Assembly (NCBI GenBank): GCA_963664225.1
Contig: OY760937.1
Span: forward strand, 2,848,001 to 2,912,000
DNA: 64,000 bases
From: Verrucomicrobiia bacterium
GTDB taxonomy: Bacteria; Verrucomicrobiota; Verrucomicrobiia; Limisphaerales; UBA1319
Direction: 5' to 3'
The stretch's first letter is position 1. Each line of letters begins with the position of its first letter. The notes beneath the pieces are model-generated. The model was not told the origin of the DNA, made no database searches, and saw nothing but the letters and a program-made list of their open reading frames with translations. Below are positions 19,318-29,896 of this stretch, piece by piece. Both the position numbers and the translations under genes were made by a program.

Positions 19318-20073
19318 TCACTGGGCAGTCCAACCCCCATCCGCCGCCAGGCAGGCGCCGGTCACGAAGGAGGCCTTTTCCGAGCAAAGCCAGAGGACGG
19401 CTTCGGCAATCTCTTCAGGATGACCGAGGCGGCCAATTGGATGCATGCCGGCCAGACGGTTGAAAAAATCGGTACCCGGGCCCCCCGTGAAGCGGTTGAG
19501 CATTGGGGTTTCGATGCCGCCTGGAGCCACCGCGTTGATGCGAATACCTTGTTTGCCGTATTCCAACGCTGCCGTCCTGGTGAGACCCAACACCGCGTGT
19601 TTGCTGGCCACATAAACACTTACTCCGGGGAAGCCAATCAGGCCGCCCACGGAGGCGTTGTTAACAATCGCACCACCGCCACTCTTTAACATCGCTGCGA
19701 TCTCATGTTTCATCGTGAGCAGAACACCCAGGACGTTCGTGTTCATGACTGCCTGGTAATTTTCGACCGATTGCTCGTGTGTTTGTTTTCCCACTTCGCC
19801 TTCGATGCCGGCATTATTGAAAGCCGCATCGATCCGCCCGTAGGCGGCGAGCGTTTCGGCCACCAAGCGCTCCACCTCGGCTTCGTTGGACACGTCAGCC
19901 CTGACGAACCTGCCCTGGCCTCCCGCCTTCTTTAGCACCGCGATGGTTTCATTCCCTTCGGTCTCACGCCGTCCGGAAATGACAACTTTTGCACCGGCCC
20001 CTGCGAAGGCGAGCGCGGCTGCGCGGCCAATTCCGCTGCCACCGCCGGTCACGAGAACAACCTTTTTTTCCAT
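19318..20073 (-). CDS. Short-chain dehydrogenase/reductase
   Basis: TGGGSGIG, FNNAGIEG, YVASKHAV, INAVAPG, ADGGWTA. Confidence 0.93.
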   Translation of the reverse strand: MEKKVVLVTGGGSGIGRAAALAFAGAGAKVVISGRRETEGNETIAVLKKAGGQGRFVRADVSNEAEVERLVAETLAAYGRIDAAFNNAGIEGEVGKQTHEQSVENYQAVMNTNVLGVLLTMKHEIAAMLKSGGGAIVNNASVGGLIGFPGVSVYVASKHAVLGLTRTAALEYGKQGIRINAVAPGGIETPMLNRFTGGPGTDFFNRLAGMHPIGRLGHPEEIAEAVLWLCSEKASFVTGACLAADGGWTAQ

Positions 20074-20155
20074 CAATAGTATCATAAGCGTGTTTTATTG
20101 GCAACATTCGCACACCTACTTTACTTTGGCGCGAGTCGCCCCGTGCGCGACTGCA

Positions 20156-20172
20156 TGCTATTTCCATGCCAA
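20156..20172 (-). promoter_or_regulatory. Sigma54 (-24/-12) promoter for the SDR-RND operon
   Basis: Minus strand TTGGCATGGAAATAGCA: GG-N10-GC spacing, close to TGGCAC-N5-TTGC, about 85 bp upstream of the SDR and next to a divergent enhancer-binding protein gene. Confidence 0.7.
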
Positions 20173-20351
20173 CCAGGCTTTTCACCGCGACTAATCGCTG
20201 CAATTTGTTGGCAATGAAGCCACTGCATCATTTTTGCCATCGAACCTGTTCATGGCCTGAACAACACGCCGAAACGTTTTCAACTTTAAAGCGTGATCGG
20301 AACAACGACGCCACGTTGCGCGGAGTGTCGTCCTGGCCTATGTTCCGTTCC

Positions 20352-21782
<1,431 letters not shown>

Positions 21783-21951
21783 CGTTCCCAGCGCTTTCTA
21801 GGCGCTCCCAAAACCGGTTTTTCAGCATGTCTATTCTATGTAAACGGCGGCTTAAGTCGAATGGCACTAATATAGAGTGGAAGATACGTGATTTCAGCTA
21901 TTTGCGCTTTCTCACTCCCGGCACCTTTTCCAGGATGGTCTTGAGGGTCAG

Positions 21952-24336
21952 GTGGTTCAGGGCAGCCGTACGGTGCCTTTCAATCTCGAAGGTTTCGCCC
22001 CCAGCATCTCGGGAGCCAGCAACAGCTTCGTAGTGCAAGTGCGCGCGACGGATACCGGCGGCAATGTGGGAGTCTCGACACCGACGGTCATCCACTTGCT
22101 TCACGACACCACCCCGCCCGTGCTGCTGCGGACGGACCCGGCCGAAGGCGAAGTGAAATTCCGCGGCCTTGATACTGTTCGTCTATTCCTTTCGGAACCC
22201 CTGGCCACCACCAGCCTGGTCGCTGCGAATTTCGAAATAACCCACGAGAGTGGGCACGTCACCCGCCCCACTGCCTTTACCCTGCGCGACTTCAATCGAG
22301 AAGTGGAACTGAAGATCCCCCCCTTGGATCAGCCCGGGAACTATCGGTTGATCATTCACGCGGCCACGGTCACCGACGGAGCAGGGAATCCTCTGGGAAG
22401 AGCGGATATCATCAGCGCGTTTAGCTTGTTGCGATATTCCATCCGCTGGGCTCGGCTCGACGCGGGCAATTGGTTTACCGCGACGAATTGGATCCCACCC
22501 CGGGTCCCGCTATCCAACGACTGGGTTTACATTGGCCCCAGTTCCACGAACACCTTCGTCCAGATCTACACGCGCACGCCGGCCACTCCGGATTTGGACC
22601 GGGTGCGTGTTCGAGGTCTGGAGTCCGAGTGCGACCTGGTGCTTTTTTACGCGGACCTCCACGTCGATGAACCCTTCGTGGCCAATGGCTGGCTCTACTT
22701 GACCGCCAGCAAACTGACCGACACGCTGTTCGTGCCCGGAACAAATTCCGGATTGGGATATGGTCGCGTCATTTCGAACCCATTTGTCACCAAAGAAGGC
22801 TTCTTCTCCGTGCTCGACGGAGTGACGATTCGGGGTAATTTGACGCTCGCGCCGGGTAATTACAACCTCATGAATAGCCTGACCTTGGAAGGACATGCTT
22901 ATGGCAGGCGCGACCGAAATATCAACAATACCGCGGTCCTCAACGCCACCCGTGACACCGTCATTCAGGGACCGGGCACGTTCCACGATTTGCCCCTCGA
23001 TATCGCCAGCGCGGAGTTGAACGCCCCGAATCGGCAAGGACCCTTGGTGACCATCGGTTCAGACGTAACCTTCAGGGGTGCTCTGGAGATGGCGATGGAA
23101 GGCGCCTCATGCCGACTCATCAACCGCGGCCAGCTGCTGGCCGATGAACCGCTCCCGTTTGCCGGAGGATCCTACTATTCGCGGATCATCATGAACGGCG
23201 GCCAAACGGGTACGAACGAAGCCTTGATCAACGAGGGAACGATCGAGGTCAGCAACGGCTATCGGCTTCTTGTCTCAGGAGCTGCCAACACGCTCCTGGT
23301 CAATCGAGGAAACCTTAAAGCCGATACCAACGCCTTTCTTTGGTTAAGTGTACCCCTCGTGGCTCAAAAAATCCTTTGCGAAACGGGCGGCGTGGTGCAG
23401 CTTGCCAATGCTCCCTTGATGACGGAATCTGGCCAGGTCTCGGAACTATCTGGGCCCGGCCGTTGGTTTGCCATCAACCCCCAATTCCAAGGCGGAACCA
23501 TTCGTCTAACGCATGGCGCGACGCTGGAAGGATCGGCCACTTTTGACAACGTCATCTTCGAAGGGGAGTTACACAATTACGACTGGTATAATTCACGCAA
23601 GCTGGACTTGCCGGGTTATATCTCGAGCTATGGTAGAGAGGTGCTCGTCCGGACGAACCTGACACTGAACGGCTTGATCGCGTTTCATGGCCAATCCCCG
23701 TCGGACGGCGGAGGGCGTCTTAATTTCTACGGGAATCAATCCCGGCTCGACGGCCAGGGCCGTGTGGACTTTCAAAGCAGCAGTCACGCCAACCAGGTGG
23801 CGAGCGGATTCGGGGATCTCAGCGGATTGCTCACGATCGGGCCGAACATCACCATCCAGGGCAAAGCCGTGACCATCGGCAATACCGCGGGCAGTTACGG
23901 CCAGCCTCCCTACGTTGAGAATCAAGGCACCCTGCTGACACAGCCGGATGACTACCTGAATCTGGGCACCTACGGTTTCACGAACGCGGGCGTGATCCAT
24001 ATCGCGGGAACGAACATGGTCGGCGCCATGTTCAACTTCGCCCAGACCGCCACTGGCAGGCTGGATTTTGAAGTCACCGGTACCGCTACGGGCCCGGTCA
24101 ATGGAAAGTTAACGATCCCCGGTGCCGCGACACTGGACGGCGCGGTCGCGCTGAGTTTGATCGCGCCCTTTCAGGCCGCGGCGGGTGACTCGTTTGAACT
24201 GCTCGCTTATGCATCCGCCCAGGGGCGATTCACCTCGCTCCAAACACCACCTGCTCCCGCAGGCCTTGAATGGGTGGCCGAATACAATCCAACGAGCTTC
24301 CGCCTCAAGCTCCGCGTCGTGGGTTCCCTACCATGA
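21952..24336 (+). CDS. Ig-like (Big) domain plus autotransporter-passenger-like protein, probably 5'-truncated
   Basis: Begins inside an Ig strand (VQVRATDTGGN), Big_5-like DTTPP...VTDGAGNPL, W..A.NW.P.RVP motif, G/N/T-rich beta region, GAATLDGAV...GDSFELL.Y; no signal peptide. Confidence 0.65.
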   Translation: MVQGSRTVPFNLEGFAPSISGASNSFVVQVRATDTGGNVGVSTPTVIHLLHDTTPPVLLRTDPAEGEVKFRGLDTVRLFLSEPLATTSLVAANFEITHESGHVTRPTAFTLRDFNREVELKIPPLDQPGNYRLIIHAATVTDGAGNPLGRADIISAFSLLRYSIRWARLDAGNWFTATNWIPPRVPLSNDWVYIGPSSTNTFVQIYTRTPATPDLDRVRVRGLESECDLVLFYADLHVDEPFVANGWLYLTASKLTDTLFVPGTNSGLGYGRVISNPFVTKEGFFSVLDGVTIRGNLTLAPGNYNLMNSLTLEGHAYGRRDRNINNTAVLNATRDTVIQGPGTFHDLPLDIASAELNAPNRQGPLVTIGSDVTFRGALEMAMEGASCRLINRGQLLADEPLPFAGGSYYSRIIMNGGQTGTNEALINEGTIEVSNGYRLLVSGAANTLLVNRGNLKADTNAFLWLSVPLVAQKILCETGGVVQLANAPLMTESGQVSELSGPGRWFAINPQFQGGTIRLTHGATLEGSATFDNVIFEGELHNYDWYNSRKLDLPGYISSYGREVLVRTNLTLNGLIAFHGQSPSDGGGRLNFYGNQSRLDGQGRVDFQSSSHANQVASGFGDLSGLLTIGPNITIQGKAVTIGNTAGSYGQPPYVENQGTLLTQPDDYLNLGTYGFTNAGVIHIAGTNMVGAMFNFAQTATGRLDFEVTGTATGPVNGKLTIPGAATLDGAVALSLIAPFQAAAGDSFELLAYASAQGRFTSLQTPPAPAGLEWVAEYNPTSFRLKLRVVGSLP

Positions 24337-25134
24337 ACCTATTACACGACCGTGATTTGTTAAACCGAAATTCGAAATACGAAGGGCCTGGATGATGCAA
24401 TGCTTTGAGACAGCCAAGATTTACAATCGACGAAGGTGTATTAAATCAATACTCCACAGCCGATTTCAAACGAACCTGCCCCCGGAACTGATCGCATCTG
24501 GCCAGGCTCATCCAATGCCGCCAGGGCCTAAGAATCCTGCCTGAAAGTTGACGCGCATGGTGGCCTCAAAAGTCCTGTAATGGGGCCACGAATGCGTCAA
24601 ATGCTCTTAGCGGGCCCCACTGCTCGCACCATGGAATTCACAAATTGGCCGGGCTGCACGGGGTGGCGGAGCCGGTTTGCCGGGTGAGTGATTTTGACAC
24701 CGCGCCCTCAAAGTTATTGAGGACGTTAGTCCAATCCAGAGTGGGTTCCCGCGCAATCTTTGGCTTTGACCTGCCCTTATCGAAAAGCACAATAATTCTT
24801 TGTTGGTGATGCACTTTGGGTTGATTCGGAACCCTTAGGAAGGGCGATTTTTCGGTGGCCCGCTCTGCAGGTTTGTCGCACTATTCAGGGGGGCGGTGAG
24901 CGGCGGGAAACGACTTTCGATGATACCCCCCGGAAGCACCTACGCCTGGTTCAAGAACTTCTGTTTATGCTCCAGGCCCGCGCATTCATATCGCTGCCTC
25001 AGCTTGCCCAACACTTCCTCTCGGGTCTTCTGACTCATGGTTTTGTCCATTCCGGCCATGGTAACACCCACTTCTGGCGCAACGATCCCTTTTACCAACT
25101 TTCCCGCCCCGCCTCCGATAACAAAACTTTTGTC

Positions 25135-26112
25135 TCAATTCGCCAGTAGCGGGCGAATGGTACGGTGACTGAGGCGCTTTTCGGCCAGGTTGCGCAAGCT
25201 TTCCAGAAAAACGGCGGTGAAGATAACGACGCTGATGACCATGGAATAGAGGTATGGATTGGCGTTCATGATGACGAGGCCGTTCTCAATGGTCTGAATC
25301 AGGAGAGCACCCAGCAATGTTCCAGGCAAAACGCTGCCTCGCCCCCCGAAGAGGCTGGTCCCGCCCAGCACAGCGGCGGCGATGGCGGCGAATTCTTTTT
25401 GCTCGCCGAATTTCGGTGACACCGCGCCGAGCTGGCCCAGCGAAACCATCGCGGCCACGGCGGCGCAAAGTCCGCTTATGAGATACACCTTTGTGAGTAT
25501 GATGCCAGTGCGCAAACCGGCCTTCCGGGCGGCCTCGACGTCGTGACCCACGGCATAGACCTGCCGGCCAAAGGTGGTGCGTGTGAGTGTGAGATGCGCG
25601 ACAACGAGCAGGCCGCCGAAGATCCATGCGGGCAAGGGCACGCCCAGGAGCTGCGCCGTGCCCAGTTGCAGAAAGCCATCGGGCAGATTCATCGCGCGGG
25701 TCTCCGTGATGCGCAGGCCAAGTCCGCGCCCGATAAACAGGGTGGCGAGTGTGACGATGAAGGCGACCACGCGGACTCGCGTGATGAAGAAGGCATTGAA
25801 CGCCCCACAGACGAGGCCGATCGCGAGCATCGCCAGCAGGGATATTGGCAATGGCAATCCTGCAAGCGCCATTTTCCCCGCCACCGCCGCAGCCACAAAC
25901 ATGATGGCGCCGACGGACAAATCCACCCCGGCCGTGAGCAATACGAAGGTCATTCCAATTGCGACTATCCCAGTCGAGGAAGACTGTACGAAGATATTCA
26001 CCAGGTTGCGCGGCTCCAGGAATTTCGGTGACTGTGCGCCAAAGAATACCAGCACCACCCCAAAAAGTAACAGGGGCGCAAAGTCGAGCAGACGTTGGGC
26101 AAAGCGGTTCAC
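25135..26112 (-). CDS. Monosaccharide ABC transporter permease (RbsC-like)
   Basis: GMTFVLLTAGVDLSVG, TFGRQVYAVG, AIAAAVLGGTSLFGGRG. Confidence 0.92.
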   Translation of the reverse strand: MNRFAQRLLDFAPLLLFGVVLVFFGAQSPKFLEPRNLVNIFVQSSSTGIVAIGMTFVLLTAGVDLSVGAIMFVAAAVAGKMALAGLPLPISLLAMLAIGLVCGAFNAFFITRVRVVAFIVTLATLFIGRGLGLRITETRAMNLPDGFLQLGTAQLLGVPLPAWIFGGLLVVAHLTLTRTTFGRQVYAVGHDVEAARKAGLRTGIILTKVYLISGLCAAVAAMVSLGQLGAVSPKFGEQKEFAAIAAAVLGGTSLFGGRGSVLPGTLLGALLIQTIENGLVIMNANPYLYSMVISVVIFTAVFLESLRNLAEKRLSHRTIRPLLAN

Positions 26113-27677
26113 GAGGCGCCCTCCGTGGTGAGCGTGGTTCCCAAGGCGGCGCGCAAAATGCGTTCACGATCGAATTGGGGACGCGTGAGATCGTCCACGA
26201 TTTCACCGCCATTCATCACGAGGATGCGGTCGCACAGGCCCATCAATTCTTCCATTTCCGATGAGATGACGAGAATGCCCGCACCCCGGTCGGCCAGCTC
26301 GTGAATGAGCCGGTAGATTTCAAACTTCGCACCCACGTCAATGCCGCGCGTGGGTTCGTCGAGGATGAGCACGCGCGGCTCGCAGAGCAGCCATTTGCCG
26401 AGGACCACTTTCTGCTGATTGCCGCCACTTAGAACGCGAACCGGTTGGGTGTCGCGCGTCTTGGCATCGAGCCGGACAATCTCCCGGATACGAGTGACGG
26501 CCGCGTCCAACGATTCTCTGGAAAGCCAGCGCACCGGCGCGCGCCCATGCTCCGGCAGAGTGGCGAGCGTAAAGTTATCGGCCACTGTGGCATCGAGACA
26601 CAGCCCCTCGGTACGGCGATTCTCGGTGAGAAAAGCCACACCGCGCCGGATCAGGGCTCCTGGCGTGAGACGGCGCAGGGTCTCACCTTCCAGACGCACC
26701 TCACCCGACGCGCGGGGATCGAGACCGAAGAGTATTCGCGCCAGTTCGGATCGGCCAGCACCCATCAGACCGGACAGGCCAAGAATCTCCCCGCGACTGA
26801 GCGTGAAAGAAATGTCTTCTACGACGCCGGGCTGTGACACGTTGCGGACTTCGAGAACAGGCGTGTTGGTATGCAGTCCAGCCTTTGGATCATTCACACC
26901 TGTCCGCAGTGGAGGCTTGCGCTCCGGGAAGACCTGGTTGAGGGTCCGTCCCACCATGAGCGAAACGAGCTTCTCGGTGGTGAACGTGGACGTCGCGCCT
27001 GAGCCAACCACCTCCCCGTCGCGCAACACCACAATCTCGTCGCAAAGCCGGAAGACATCCTCCAGCGTGTGGGAGATATAGATCATTCCCACGCCTCGTT
27101 CCTTGAGCCGTGCAATGAGCGAGAAAAGTCGCTCGGTCTCGCGAAAGCTAAGGGAAGTGGTCGGTTCGTCGAAAACGATGAGGCGCGCGTCGATGCTCAA
27201 AGCCTTGGCGATTTCCAGGAGCTGCCTTTCTCCTGCTGAAATGGTTTCGACAAGGCGATGAGGCGGAACGTCGAGACCCACCTCCCGCAGCAATTCAGCA
27301 GCGCGCTGACGCATTGCACTGCGGTTAATGAGCGGGGTGATGCCAACGCGCGGAAATTTCGTGAGAAATAGATTTTCGGCAATGCTCAGGTTGGGAAATA
27401 GATTCAACTCCTGATGAATGAGAGCAATGCCGTGGTCTTCCGCATCTTGCGGCGTAGCCGGCTTGAACTCGAGCCCATTCAAACGGATCTCCCCTTCATC
27501 CGCGGCCAGATTGCCGCCAAGAATATTCATGAGCGTTGATTTGCCGGCGCCGTTCTCGCCAACAAGACCCACCACGCGTCCCGCCTCGACCCTGCAGTTG
27601 ACGCCTTTCAAAACCCTCACGCCAAAGAACGCTTTTGAGATGCCGGCAAGCGAGAGAAGTTCGTGGCTTATTGTCAT
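26109..27677 (-). CDS. Monosaccharide ABC transporter ATPase (RbsA-like, two ATPase domains)
   Basis: GENGAGKS, FDEPT, GLMGAGRSE, LSGGNQQK, DEPTRGIDVGAK. Confidence 0.95.
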   Translation of the reverse strand: MTISHELLSLAGISKAFFGVRVLKGVNCRVEAGRVVGLVGENGAGKSTLMNILGGNLAADEGEIRLNGLEFKPATPQDAEDHGIALIHQELNLFPNLSIAENLFLTKFPRVGITPLINRSAMRQRAAELLREVGLDVPPHRLVETISAGERQLLEIAKALSIDARLIVFDEPTTSLSFRETERLFSLIARLKERGVGMIYISHTLEDVFRLCDEIVVLRDGEVVGSGATSTFTTEKLVSLMVGRTLNQVFPERKPPLRTGVNDPKAGLHTNTPVLEVRNVSQPGVVEDISFTLSRGEILGLSGLMGAGRSELARILFGLDPRASGEVRLEGETLRRLTPGALIRRGVAFLTENRRTEGLCLDATVADNFTLATLPEHGRAPVRWLSRESLDAAVTRIREIVRLDAKTRDTQPVRVLSGGNQQKVVLGKWLLCEPRVLILDEPTRGIDVGAKFEIYRLIHELADRGAGILVISSEMEELMGLCDRILVMNGGEIVDDLTRPQFDRERILRAALGTTLTTEGAS

Positions 27678-28678
27678 GGCGTTTGCACCCAAAGCGAACC
27701 GCGAACAACGAAACGGTTTCTCATCGCATCCAACACCGCGGCGAACAGAATTACGGAACCTTTGGCCATGGTGATCGAGAACTGCGAGAGGTTGAGCAGG
27801 TTCAATGCGTTATCGAGAACGGCAAGAAACAGCACGCCAAAGAACGTCCACGCAATTTTTCCTTTTCCACCGAAGAGACTCGTTCCGCCGACAACCGTCG
27901 CGCCGATGACATCCATGAGAATTTCATGGCCGAGCACCGGCGAGCCGGTTTCCATGCGGCCAGTCAACAGAATGGATGCGAGCGCCGCGCAAAGGCCGGA
28001 TACCACATATGCGGCAAAAGTGATCGCGCGAACGGGCACGCCGGATATGTGGGCGGTCGTCGCGTTTTGGCCGACCGCGTACAACCAGCGCCCATACACA
28101 GTGCGACGAAGCGCAAAGTGCGCAACAAGTGACGCGGCGAAAGTGACCGTAAGCGCGATTGGGAGTTGCTTGCCAATGGCCAGAAAGGAGGCGGGCAGAT
28201 TATAAATACTCCTGGACTGAGTCAGCCAGATCGCAAAGCCGCTGATGAACATCCGCGATGCCAGGGTCACAATAAACCCCGGCAGGTGCAAAAACGCCAC
28301 GACAAGTCCATTGGCCGCACCCAGTGCCACGCCCAGCGCGAGCATCGATATCAGGCCCATGGAAGTGACCACGATCCCGCTTTCCCCGGTCATCAACTTC
28401 GCCCCCATCACGCTGGTCAGGGCGATGATGGACGTGACGGAAAGATCGATGCCCCCCGTGATCATCACCACCGTCATTCCAATGGCCACGATCAGCAGCG
28501 GCAGCAGGTAGCCGAGAATGTTGAGCAGATTCGCTCCGCTCAGGAGACCGGGCGTGAACGGCGCCAGTGCAATGAACATCACCACCGTCAGTCCAAACAC
28601 CAGATATTCCGAAAGGACGAGGCCGGCCAGTTTGCCGGTGGCTCGTGGCGCGCCATGTGTGAGGGCCGGAGCGGTCAT
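27674..28678 (-). CDS. Monosaccharide ABC transporter permease
   Basis: GMTVVMITGGIDLSV, YGRWLYAVG, VVGGTSLFGGKG. Confidence 0.92.
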   Translation of the reverse strand: MTAPALTHGAPRATGKLAGLVLSEYLVFGLTVVMFIALAPFTPGLLSGANLLNILGYLLPLLIVAIGMTVVMITGGIDLSVTSIIALTSVMGAKLMTGESGIVVTSMGLISMLALGVALGAANGLVVAFLHLPGFIVTLASRMFISGFAIWLTQSRSIYNLPASFLAIGKQLPIALTVTFAASLVAHFALRRTVYGRWLYAVGQNATTAHISGVPVRAITFAAYVVSGLCAALASILLTGRMETGSPVLGHEILMDVIGATVVGGTSLFGGKGKIAWTFFGVLFLAVLDNALNLLNLSQFSITMAKGSVILFAAVLDAMRNRFVVRGSLWVQTP

Positions 28679-28721
28679 GCGTGGTTCCTGCGCGACATCC
28701 CTGCAACGCTGAACGGTCTTG

Positions 28722-29717
28722 TCATTTCTTCACATTTGCGCCCCACATGCGCGGCGCCATTTCCTTCAGGTTGCCTTGGTGAATCACAAAGCCAGGATCG
28801 AGAATGAGGTCGTTGACAGTTTTGCCATCACGTCTATCAAGCAGTGCCTGCACACTTTCCAGGGCCTCGAAATACACATCCTGCACACCGGTTGCGTCAA
28901 CATATCCATCCACGAGCATCCGGTAGGCGGTCGCATCGCCATCGAAGCCGCCGAGGATGATGTGGCCTGGTTCCCCAATTTTTTTGTAGCGTCCGGCGGC
29001 CTTCAATGCGGAGCTGATTGAAGGAAAGAGAAAGTCCGACGACGTGAAAATGAAATCTATGCCCGGATTGGCCTGCAAAGCGTTCGCAACGCCCGCTTGT
29101 GCCTTCTCCTGGTTCCACTCGCTGGGAACGCGTGCCACGACTTCGATGATGTCCTCGTTCCCTTTCAACGCGTCTTCGAAGCCGTCGCGCCGGCCAATCG
29201 CGTTGATGTCGCCCATGTCGCCGAGCACGACCATCGCCTTGTGCTTGCCGCCGGTTTTCTTGGCCTGCTCGATCATATGAGCCACGGTTTCCCGGGTGAG
29301 CTTTCGATTGTCGGCGACAACCGAAGTGGACTGCGTGTCGTTTTTGTCGGCCGGGCGATTGAAGAGCACGATGGGAATTTTCGCATCGTTCGCCGCGCGA
29401 ATCATGGGAATGCAGGTCTTCGCATCCTTTGGCACGAGGATGATTCCGTCCACGCCGCGCGCGATGAAGTTTTTCACCTGCTGCAACTGACGGCTCTCAT
29501 CGCCATCAGCCACGGCCTCAAGCACACCGATGTCGCGCTTCTTCAACTCGGCCTTAATCGCCTCGAAACCCGCCACCCAATACTCGGTCTGGAGTGTTTC
29601 AAAGGCTACGCCCACGGTGAGTTTCTTCGCGCCGCCAGAATCGGTTCCGGCGGGTTTGCCGCAACCACAGAGGAATGCGATCAAGAGAACAGGGAAAAGG
29701 CGCGATGCGATTTTCAT
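28722..29717 (-). CDS. Sugar ABC transporter substrate-binding lipoprotein (RbsB-like fold)
   Basis: Lipobox LCGC; FIARGVDGII, IPIVLFNR, RRDGF, GFDG; first gene of the ABC set. Confidence 0.92.
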   Translation of the reverse strand: MKIASRLFPVLLIAFLCGCGKPAGTDSGGAKKLTVGVAFETLQTEYWVAGFEAIKAELKKRDIGVLEAVADGDESRQLQQVKNFIARGVDGIILVPKDAKTCIPMIRAANDAKIPIVLFNRPADKNDTQSTSVVADNRKLTRETVAHMIEQAKKTGGKHKAMVVLGDMGDINAIGRRDGFEDALKGNEDIIEVVARVPSEWNQEKAQAGVANALQANPGIDFIFTSSDFLFPSISSALKAAGRYKKIGEPGHIILGGFDGDATAYRMLVDGYVDATGVQDVYFEALESVQALLDRRDGKTVNDLILDPGFVIHQGNLKEMAPRMWGANVKK

Positions 29718-29842
29718 AAAGTGGTTCAGTGTTGGAAAAATGTCAGTAATTCGATGTTTTGTCCAGCTGCATCAGCCTGATTCAGAATCGTTTTTTCAAT
29801 TGGTGCTTTGGGGAGGTTCGACAGGGTGATCCCGGGACATCA

Positions 29843-29875
29843 AGGCGGGCTGATCTGTTGAAAACCAGCCCGCCT
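29843..29875. other. Intergenic stem-loop (10-bp perfect stem)
   Basis: AGGCGGGCTG-N13-CAGCCCGCCT between the LamG gene stop and the SBP gene; no U-tract, so more likely an mRNA stabiliser than a terminator. Confidence 0.45.
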
Positions 29876-29896
29876 GCGATACTGCGGTCTTGCGAA

